Of a stretch of 64,000 bases of DNA, positions 24,841 through 34,816 are shown one piece after another. The notes beneath the pieces were generated by a model, which saw only the letters and a program-made list of their open reading frames with translations, had not been told where the DNA came from and made no database searches. Source of the stretch: Squalus acanthias (lineage: Eukaryota); NCBI GenBank assembly GCA_030390025.1, contig CM059432.1, forward strand, positions 120,406,001 through 120,470,000, in the 5' to 3' direction. The first letter of the stretch is position 1. Each line of letters begins with the position of its first letter. The translations under genes and the position numbers were made by a program.

Positions 24841-26127
24841 GGGGTAAACATTCGGACCTAGATGGGGAACTGCGCGAACAGCGCGCCCAAACTAAGGATG
24901 GAAATTGGTCCCCAGGCCTCAGCAACATATTTGGAGTGAGCAACCAGAGCTGATCACGCCTCCCCAGGCAGCTCACCCAAGGCAGACATCAATCACGGGC
25001 CGCCTGCCTCAGGAAAGACCCGGGAGGGTGGTTGGAGCAGGCTATGGGGCAGCGGGTGCTCGTGATGCCTATGGATTGAGGGGGGCACTCCTGCTCCGTC
25101 TGGCTCCACAGTAAGGGGGAAAAAATGAGTTGCGCACCCTTTGGGGCGCTAACTTCGCCAGGGGAAAAAATTAGCGCCCCTGCGGCTGAAATTCATCGGT
25201 AGTGTCCCAAGAGGGAAGCGGGGTGCTACTGGAAGCGCCCCGCCTCCCTCTTGGGGTGCTGTGAGGGAATATCGCGGCATGTCGCGTCGCGGTACTGCAG
25301 GCCTTCCTCCCCTTCTTAAAGGGGAGGGGCCTTGCGCAGCGCGACCTGGGGCCCAGCTGGGCCACCAGGGATTGGAGTGCCGGCAAAAGAGCCCGGCACT
25401 CAAGAGAAGTGCCAGGCTCACAGAGCGCAGCTGGCACTCCGCTGGGGGGGCTGAAGAGGAGGCCGGGGACAGCAACGGGGGCAGGTGCTGGCAGGTGGCC
25501 AGCAACAAAAATGGCCGCCCGGCACCTCGCCTTTAATTAGCGCCGCCCCAGCCACAGGTAGGCCCCCCTGATCCTGTCGGACATAGCGCCCGGCGGTAAG
25601 TCAGGGGGCTTTACTGAAGATCGCGGCCGGGGCGCAAGCGGGGTGCTGCGCACGCCGATTATGTCATCACCGGCGGAGCAGCGCCACGGGGCGCTAATGG
25701 TTACCACTGCCGCTAACCTCCTGCTGAATTTCGTGGGAGGCGTTGGCGGCACCGCGCCCGGGCGCTAGTTGCTTTGCGCCCTGTTAGTGCCCTCTTAGGG
25801 CGCTATCGGGAGGCACAAAGCAACCAAATTTTTCGCCCTAAGAGTTTATAAAAAAAATGTAACTTACCTTTCATTGGTGGCCATGGGGGAGCCACTGAAA
25901 AATGCTGACTAATTTTAGCAAGAGGTCCTTCAACATGCATAAGGCCCTGAATTAACATATTGAAAGGGAAGAAATGTCTATTTTAGAACGCCTAAAAATT
26001 GGGCCCAATTAATTTATCAGTAGGACCAACGCCTGCGCAGACTGTTCAATTGCTAAATTGGTATGGTTTGCGCCTGGCCTGTATTGTGCCCAATGAAATG
26101 GGCACAGCGCATACCAATTTGAACCTC
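24841..26127. mobile_element. Older MITE hosting a nested family B MITE
   Basis: ggggtaaacattcgg / ccaatttgaacctc ends; similarity to 16609-17195 on both sides of the insert. Confidence 0.5.
25115..25838. mobile_element. GC-rich Harbinger-type MITE (family B), complete
   Basis: TIRs gggggaaaaaat / aatttttcgccc; perfect TAA TSD; inverted homolog of 34086-34816. Confidence 0.9.
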
Positions 26128-26540
26128 CCTTTTTGTCTTTTCAGTGAGGTAACGACATTGGCCAAAAATTTTCATGGAGCTTCTCCCACTGTATGTATGT
26201 AATTTCTAATAATTTATATAATCCCCTGGGCTATTCTCTGGATATCAGTCTCCCAAATGACTTTTTATGTCTAATAAAAAGGCTTTGTTTATATGCACAA
26301 GCCTTCATAGTGTAATTAATTAAAAAATGTTCTAACTGGATTAGCTTAAAAGCTTTAATGGCCTGTGTTTGATTAGCTGAAAAGTCTACTTTCCAGTCAC
26401 TTCCCAGGTTTCAGTTTGACAGCTGAATGCCATATTGAGTGGGCAGCTTTCAAGCCAAAACTCTATTTTGAGCCTGTTTCAGGCTGTTTACAGGGCATTT
26501 CCTCGATAAATCTCGGAGCCACGCTGCGGATAATTTATGG

Positions 26541-27458
26541 GGTACTTTTCCTTTATAGTGCAATCACTGTTGTGAGGTAGACAAACTCAGCAGCTAATTT
26601 GCGTACAGCTAGATCCCACAAGCAGCAATGAAATAAATGACCAGATAAGCTATTTCCAGTAATTTTGGATGAGGCATAAGTGTTTTCCAGGGCACTAGGC
26701 GAACTTTCTTGCTCTTCTTCGAATAGTGCCATGGAATCTTTTATGCCAACCAGTGAGGGCAGGTGGGGCCTCAGGTTAATGTCACCTCCAAAAAGAGGTA
26801 CCTCCCATAGTGCTGCACTGAAGTCATAGAGTCATAATGGCACACAAGGAGGCCATTTGGCCCATCGAGTCCGTGCCAGCTCTCTGTGGAGCAATCCAGT
26901 CAGTCCTATTCCCCCGCTCTATCCCCGTAGCCCTGCAAGTTTATTTCCCTCAAGTGCCTAATCCAGTCTCCCCTTGAAAACATTGAGTGTCTCCGCTTCC
27001 ACCACTTCCATCAGCAGCGAATTCCAGGTCCTCACCACTCGCTGCGTAAAAAAGTTTTTCCTCACGTCCCCCCTGTATCTCTTGCCCAAAACCTTAAATC
27101 TGTGTCCCCTAGTCCTTGTACCATCAACTAGTGGGAACAGCCTTTCCCCATCTAGCCTATCCAAACCCGTCATAATCTTGTACACCTCTATCAAATCACC
27201 CCTCAACCTCCTTTGCTCTAATGAAAACAAATCCAGCTTCTCCAACCTGTCCTTGTAACTAAGATCCCCCATCCCCGGAACCATTCTGGTAAATCTCCTC
27301 TGCACCCTCTCAAGGGCTTTCACATTCTTCCTGAAGTGTGGTGACCAAGTGACCAAGTGTTAGCCAAGATGACGTACTCTAGTCTCTGGAGTGTTGCTTG
27401 AATCCACAACCTTCTGACTCAGATGCGTGAGTGCTACCTCTGAGCCAAGGCTGACACC
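26541..27458 (-). mobile_element. DeuSINE split by a CR1 insertion
   Basis: SINE body 26541-26824 continues at ~27355-27458 with the tRNA head. Confidence 0.75.
26825..27350 (-). mobile_element. CR1 3' fragment, same subfamily as 10283-11123
   Basis: WSPHFRKNVKALERVQRRFTRMVPG..WNSL; gactctatg tail. Confidence 0.92.
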
Positions 27459-28632
27459 AAACACTTGGAGGCACATGCAGATTTGGCTGCAGTTATAAAT
27501 CTAAATTTTCTGAGTAGATGCCGGTGTGAGTTGTCTTTTCAGTGCATATTCAGAAAGTTTACCATATGCTGTCACTTTCATATTGATGCAAAGCGGTTTT
27601 GGTTGCACTTCAACTTTAGCACTTTAGGAGACTAGAGAACACACCAAAACTGGTAAGGTGTGAGCCCACTCCAGGAGGTCATCTCACACTTGTCTGACTT
27701 TGCACATAGTCTGGTATAACTCCAGCCATTTTGGTGAGTGAATGTTCATGTTGAATGATTTTGTTTTTCTAAAATCCGTGTGTACAAGCTGTTCCATGTT
27801 TTAAAAAGAATTATTATTCAACACATTTATCTGATAAATGAATCTTTCGTCTGTTGAAAATCACAAAACTCATTTGACTATACAGTAGAAATCTTTTTGT
27901 AGCAGGATAAGAGTAAATTGAAAGAAGCAAGCAAAGAGATTAGTGCACACAGAATTTATTTTTGTAAAATAACAGTGCAAGTCATATAATTTGATGTAGT
28001 GTTAAAATGTATGAATTTCATGTATTTATTGCAAATACTTCAATTTGATTTCATTTCTTGTTTAGTCCTGACTCAGAGCAAAACCTCTCAAACAAACTAT
28101 CATTAGGAATAGTCAGAATTTGTTGCTTCTGCGTAAGATATCAGAGCAACATAGAGCATGAAGCTTATCTGCAATAATTTGGAAGCAATGCACTATGTAC
28201 TTGCTGACATTTCACCATTACAATTGGTAAGTACAGTGAAAGAGCAAAATACAGGTACAGCTGAGAGGTTAGTGGGAGCAGGTCTTTTACACTTGGTAAT
28301 GTATTGTAAATGGTTGTAGCAGCCCCATCTCTTTTTAGTTATGCTTATATCAACAATGGTTGTTTTGAAGTTCTGAGCATTAATAGCTTCAACTCTGGAA
28401 GAACTGTATCATTATTTAATTTGGGAGGATGTTCTGAATAAAAGTGCTAATATTTAAATGTTTCAGCAGAAGATTTTGCTTAAATACACTATGTACTTTT
28501 GCAGAGAGGCAAATAAGAAAAGATTAATGTTTAATATGTTTCTTGAATTTATCTCTCTCTCTCTCTATATGTATATATATATGCAAAAGCCACATTAGAA
28601 GCAGATGGTCAGTAAAGGTAAACAGTTGTTCC

Positions 28633-30300
28633 TCCATCAAGGAGGAGGAGTGTGAAATATTAGATGAAATAAACATAGTGAGAGAGGAAGTATTAAGGGG
28701 TTTAGCATCTTTGAAAGTGGGTAAATCCCCAGGCCCGGATGAAATGTATCCCAGACTCTTAAGAGAATAAGAGAGGAAATAGCAGAGGCTCTGACCATCA
28801 TTTTCCAATCCTCTCTGGCTACAGGTGTGGTGCCAGAGAACTGGAGGACTGCTAATGTGGTACCGTTTTTAAAAAAGGGAGAAATGGATAAACCGAGTAA
28901 TTACAGGCCAGTCAGCCTAACCTCGGTGGTGGGAAAATTATTGGAAAAAATTCTGAGGGACAGGATCAATCTTCATTTAGAAAGAAATGGATTAATCAAG
29001 GACAGTCAGCATAGATTTGTTAAGGGAAGGTCTTGTCTGACTAACTTGATTACATTTTTTGAGGAAGTAACAAGGAGGGTCGATGAGGGTAGTGCGTTTG
29101 ATGTAGTCTATATCGATTTTAGCAAGGCTTTTGATAAAGTCCCGCATGGCAGACTGGTCACGAAAGTAAAAGCCCATGGGATCCAAGGCAAAGTGGCAAG
29201 TTGGATCCAAAATTGGCTCAGAGGCAGGAAGCAAAGGGTAATGGTCGAGGGGTGTTTTTGTGATTGGAAGGCTGTTTCCAGTGGGGTTCTGCAGGACTCA
29301 GTACTGGGTCTTTTGCTTTTTGTGGTATATATTAATGATTTGGACTTGAATGTAGGAAGTGTGATTAAGAAGTTTGCAGATGATACAAAAAGTTGCCGTG
29401 TGGTTGATAATGAAGAAGAAAGATGCAGACTGCAGGAAGATATCAATGGACTGGTCAGGTGGGCAGAACAGTGGCAAATGGAATTCAATCTGGAGAAGTG
29501 TGAGGTAATGCATTTGGGGAGGGCTAACAAGGCAAGGGAATACACAATAAATGGCAGGACACTGAGAAGTGCAGAAGATCAGAGGGACCTTGGAGTGCAT
29601 GTCCATAGATCCCTGAAGGTAGCAGGACAGGTAGATAAGGTGGTTAAGAAGGCATATGGGATACTTGCCTTTATTAGCCGAGGAATAGAATATAAGAGCA
29701 GGGAGGTTATGCTTGAACTGTATAAAACACTAGTTAGGCTGCAGCTAGAATACTGCGTGCAGTTCTAGTCACCACATTACAGGAAGGATGTGATTGCACT
29801 AGGGGGGGTGCAGAGGAGATTTACGAGGATGTTGCCTGGGCTGGGGAATTTTAGCTATGAGGAAAGATTGGATAGGCTGGGGGTTGTTTTCTTTAGAACA
29901 GAGGAGGCTGAGGGGAGACCTAATTGAGGTGTATAAAATTATGAGGAGCCTATATAGGGTGGAGAGGAAGGACCTATTTCCCTTAGCAGAAGAGTCAATA
30001 AACAGGGGGCATAGATTTAAAGTAATTGGTCTGAAGTTTAGAGAGGATTTGAGGAGAATTTTTTTCATCCACAGGGTGGTGGGGGTCTGGAACTCACTGC
30101 CTGAAAGGGTGGTAGAGGCAGAAACCCTCATCACATTTAAAAAGTACTTGGATATGCACTTGAAGTACTGTAACCTCCAAGGCTACGGACCAAGTGCTGG
30201 AATGTGGGATTAGGGTGGATAGCTCTTTGTCGGCCTGGACGGACAAGATGGTCCGAATGGCTTCCTTCTGTGCTGTAAATTTCGATGATTCTATGATTAC
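28633..30300 (+). mobile_element. CR1 LINE, 5'-truncated (RT domain to 3' UTR)
   Basis: KSPGPD, NYRPVSLTS, YIDFSKAFDKV, KFADDTK; in-frame stops; gattctat tail. Confidence 0.94.
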
Positions 30301-30719
30301 ATGAATATGTTGGTTATCTATATGTGCAGTGTACAAGGGAACCCATTTATTTATGTATCAACCCACAGTTGGTGAAGAAAACGCTATTTATTTTCCAGGA
30401 ACCAATCAAAAACTTCACTGTCCCTCGGGAGATCTCTTAGGAACTTCTTTCCAAATATTGTCAGTAGAGATGTTAGCCTCTCTTTCACTTCCACAGCCTC
30501 GCCCACTTTCCCTTTCAGAAGTCTAATGTCTAACTCATCATAAATAACACCCCGAGAGATCGGTTAGTGTCTTAAAAAGAAACTGGATTAATATCTGGTG
30601 ATGAAAGGAACTGAAGTTGACACAAATAAGGATACCTTACAGAAGATTATAATGCCAGGTCTATTGGAATTATGACAATGTAATGTATGAATTATGACTG
30701 GTCAGTTTAATAACGCATT

Positions 30720-31477
30720 GGCCCAGATATTCCGAACGCAGGCCTTCCACGGGCGGAGGGCTGCGATCTGGAAAAATCTGCGCCCTTACCTGAGGGCTCC
30801 CGGGAGGCGCAGAGTTCCGCTGCTGGGCCTCTCCAAACTCCAAGTGCGCAGGGCCCACGTATCCCAGAGGCGCAGGTAGTTCGCAGCGTCCCTGGGATCA
30901 CGTGGGCCATGGGGAGCCAATCAGAGAAGGGAATCTCCCTTCATACATTTGATAGGAAGACCTGTCAAATATATGAATGGAGATCACCCCCAAAACATGG
31001 TAAAACTTCAAATAAATTAAAAAAAAACATCACATTTTTAAAATGACTTGAAATTACATAAATTAACTTTTTTAAACAAAAATTTAAATTTTTGAAAAAA
31101 ATAATTAAAGTTTTTAACAGGACTAAAAATAAACTTACCTTTCTTTAAAGTATTTTTAAATGATAAATCAGTGGAAAAACATTTTTTTTTACTTTTTTCA
31201 ACTCTTATCCTGGTAAAAGCAAGCCTTGTGCCTGCTTTTACCAGGTGCAAGAATTGTAAGTGTTTTCTGCGGGCGGAGGGTCTCCAAAAAGCGGAACTCT
31301 CCACCCGCAGAGGCCCTTCTCCCGGGCAGCCGGAGGATCTGTCAAGAGCTTTCTTGACAGATCGGAAATGCCGGTTTCTAGCGCTTGCGCAGTGCATGCC
31401 TGAAACTGGCATTTCCAATGTCCCTACAGGTGGGTACACAGCGCGTACCCACCCGTAGGGATTGGAATATCCGGCCC
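30720..31477. mobile_element. Harbinger-type MITE with AT-rich core
   Basis: TIRs ggcccagatattcc / ggaatatccggccc (12/14); flanks att/aat. Confidence 0.75.
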
Positions 31478-32189
31478 AATATAACCTTCGGTTTATATTG
31501 CATGTTGCCCCCTAGGGGTTAGGGGAACATTTCAGGGTTTTCTCTTGTGGAGGTTTTGCCTGTTCTTCTTTGCTCCAATGGCTAAGTCCATGACAATATA
31601 AATTGAATATGATTAATCAGAAAGAGCTGAAAGGCCTTTCCTTGTACCATGCTTTTTTTTAACTGTAATATTTTTCTGACGCATTTGGTGAATCCCTATT
31701 GCGCTAGCTTAAATGGTTCTAGGGATCTGTGTTGATGTACGGATCAGAGCACAAAACACACAGTTAATAACAGGAAACAGAGAATCTTGTTTCGTTCCAG
31801 ACGAGAGTAGGTCTGAAGCCAGTATCCATATCAATATCCTCACAGCGATGGGCAGCAGTTCACAATTTTAGCATCAAACTCACAAGCTTTGGAGTGGAGC
31901 CTGTGTATGCATACCCGCAGCGATAGTGTTTAATGAACTGAAGGACTATCTGATGCTTAAAAACAACACCCCTGCTGGCGTGATCAATAATGTTACATTT
32001 TTGAAGTATATATGAAAACCATTTATGCTAGACAAATGGCAAATTATACACTGAGCTGAAAAAAAAAATCACTAAAAATTGAGTGGAAAAGTAAACATGG
32101 AGAGCTTGGCAGATCAACTGTGGTGACCTCCTAATAAAATGTTTAAATAGCCAGTATTTGGAGTATCCAGTAGAGTTCAAATTCTGTAT

Positions 32190-32455
32190 TACCACCCCCT
32201 TTCGCCTTGCACCATCATACCTTTTGTCATTTAATCTCTCCTGCCTTCCACCCGATCACAGACCTTCCCTTTTGTTCTTTCCTCCCCTCCCCCCTTTCCC
32301 TGCCTCTGCACTTGCTTAAAACCTGTTACATCTCTATAACTTTTTCCAGTTCTGACGAAAGGTTATTGACCTGAAACGTTAACACTGTTTCTCTCTCCAC
32401 GGATGCTGCCTCACCTGCTGAGTATTTCCAGCACTTTCCGTTTTTATTTCAGATT
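32190..32455 (+). mobile_element. Penelope-like pLTR fragment
   Basis: Reverse-complement homolog of 62573-62800 and 6181-6375. Confidence 0.8.
32348..32384 (+). ncRNA. Minimal type I hammerhead ribozyme motif
   Basis: AGUU CUGACGA A AGGUU AUU GACCU GAAA CGUU AACA. Confidence 0.7.
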
Positions 32456-32685
32456 CAGCAGCGGTGGTGCGGACCTAGGAGGAGCAGCGGCGGTGGCGGC
32501 AGAGTACAAAAGGGAGCCCCAGGAGCAGGTAGGCCCACAGCAGCGGTGGTGCGGACCTAGGAGGAGCGGCAGCGGCAGAGTACAAAAGCGAGCCCGAGGA
32601 GCAGGTAGGCCCACAGCAGTGGCGGTGCGGACCTAGGAGGAGCGGCGGTGGCAGAGTACAAAAGTGAGCCCGAGGAGCAGGTAGG
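32456..32685 (+). repeat. Three tandem ~75-80 bp GC-rich monomers in the CR1 5' UTR
   Basis: cagcggtggtgcggacctaggaggagc...agagtacaaaag.gagccc..ggagcaggtagg repeated three times. Confidence 0.9.
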
Positions 32686-32948
32686 TTTACCAATCTCAGA
32701 GCGGGAGACAGAAGTAAAAAGTAATCGAAGTGTGACATCATCAGAAAGCAGGTAAGTGATTGGTTGGTGAGTATTTCTCTCTTTCTCCTTTTTTCCATAC
32801 TTAAATTCTGTGGTTTATAGTTTCTAGAGTCTCTGTGGTGTAGCGGGGACTGCTGTTAAACAAGGGCCCTTGAGTATATCATTTATTTGAAGTGAAATTG
32901 GTGGGATTCATTTAATTTAATTTTAATTAATTAATTAAAGGGTAAGTC

Positions 32949-33898
32949 ATGGCAGGAGAGCTCCGCCCTGTGATATGCTCCTCCTGCTATATGTGGGAAA
33001 TCAGGGACGCTTCCTGTGTCCCTGACGACCATGTGTGTGGGAAGTGTATCCAGCTGCAGCTACTGATGGACCGCATTGCGGAGCTGGAGCTGCGGATGGA
33101 TGCATATTGGAGCATTCACGACGCTGAGGACGTCGTGGATAGCACGTTTAGAGAGTTGGTCACACAGCAGGTAAAGGGTGTACAGGCAGGAAGTGAATGG
33201 GTGACCACCAGGCAGAGTAAGAGGTGCAGGCAGGTAGTGCAGGGGTCCCCTGTGGCCATCTCCTCTCAAACAGATATACCACTTTGGATGCTGTTGGGGG
33301 GGATGACTTATCAGGGGAAGGCAGCAGCAGCCAACTTCCTGGCACCATGGGTGGCTCTGCTGCACAGACTGGGAGGAAAAAGTGTGGAAGAGCTATAGTG
33401 ATAGGGGATTCAATTGTAAGGGGAATAGATAGGCATTTCTGCGGCCGCAAACGAGACTCCAGGATGGTGTGTTGCCTCCCTGGTGCAAGGGTCAAGGACG
33501 TCTCAGAGCGGCTACATAACATTCTGGAGGGGGAGGGCGAACAGCCAGTTGTCGTGCTGCACATAGGCATCAACGATATAGGTAAAAAATGGGATGAGGT
33601 CCTAAAAGCAGAATATAGGGAGTTAGGAGGTAAATTAAAAAATAGGACCTCAAAGGTAGTAATCTCAGGATTGCTACCAGTGCCACATGCTAGTCAGAGT
33701 AGAAATAGGAGGATATTTCAAATGAATACGTGGCTAGAGGAATGGTGCAAGGGGGAGGGATTCAAATTCCTTGGACATTGGAACCGGTTCTGGGGGAGGT
33801 GGGACCAGTACAAATGGGACGGTCTGCACCTGGGCAGGGCCGGGACTGATGTCCTAGGGGGAGTGTTTGCTAGTGCTGCTGGGGAGGGTTTAAACTAA
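32949..33898 (+). pseudogene. CR1 ORF1 (zinc finger/leucine zipper plus SGNH esterase), one frameshift near 33260
   Basis: CSSC..CGKC, heptad leucines, SNRY..L, VIGDSIVRG, CCLPGA, HIGIND, DGLHL. Confidence 0.9.
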
Positions 33899-34085
33899 AG
33901 TGGCAGGGGGTTGGGAACCTGAGCAGGGAGAAAGAGGAAAGGGAAACAAGGATAAAAGCTAAAGACAGGAAGGAGAAAAACAAAAGTAGAAGGCAAAGAA
34001 CTCAATGGTTTAAATCAAACATGGTCACAGTAAATAATAATTCATATGGGTCTGAGAGCGTTAAAAAAACAAGCCTGAAGGCTTT

Positions 34086-34816
34086 GGGGGAAAAATTCAG
34101 CTGCTTGCGCCTCCCGTTAGCGCCTTAAGAGGGCGCTAATGGGGCGTAAAGCAGCTAACGCCCGGGCGCAGCGCCGCCCACGCCTCCCGAAAAATTTAGT
34201 GGGAGGTTAGCGGCGGCGGCAGCCGGTAGCGCCCTGTGGCGCTGCGCCGCCGGCGATGACGTCATCGCCGTGCGCAGCACCCCGCTCGCGCCCCGGCCGT
34301 GATCTTCAGTTGCGCCCCCTGATTTACCGCCAGACGCTATGTCCGACGGGTTCAGGGAGGCGTACGTGCGGCCGGGGCGGCGATATTTAAAGCGGAGGTG
34401 GCAGGCGGCCATTTTTGTTGCTGGCCGCCTGCCAGCACCTGCCCCCGGCCCCCGTGAAGCCCCCCCACCGTGAAGTGCCGGCTGCGCTCCAAGAGCCCGG
34501 CACTTTTCTTGAGTGCCGGGCTTTTTTGCCGGCACTCCCGATCCCTGGGGGCCCAGCTGGGCCCCGGTTCGCGCTGCACAGGGTCCCTCCCCTTTAAGAA
34601 GGGGAGGAAGGCCTGCAATACCGCGGCACGTAGCGCCAGGATATTCACTCGCAGCGCCCCAAGAGGGATGCGGGCTGCTTCCAGTTGCGCCCCGCTTCCC
34701 TCTTGGGGCGCAACCACTGAAGTTCCGGCACGGGGCCGCTAATTTTTTCGGGGCGCTAAAAGTCGCGCCCCGGCGAGGTTAGCGCCCCAAATGGGGCGCG
34801 ACTCAATTTTTACCCC
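34086..34816. mobile_element. GC-rich Harbinger-type MITE (family B), complete, 731 bp
   Basis: TIRs gggggaaaaattcag / ctcaatttttacccc (13/15); TTT TSD; removing it and one TSD restores ORF2 ..SLKALCLNARS.. Confidence 0.93.

Noticed and set aside
32456..32685. CRISPR-like array
   Set aside because: Contiguous tandem units with no unique spacers, no cas genes, and vertebrate context.
34155..34782. Multiple overlapping ORFs in GC-rich blocks (also 744-1322, 18032-18872, 25149-25752, 51555-52183)
   Set aside because: Stop-poor GC-rich MITE sequence; frames are not conserved between copies.
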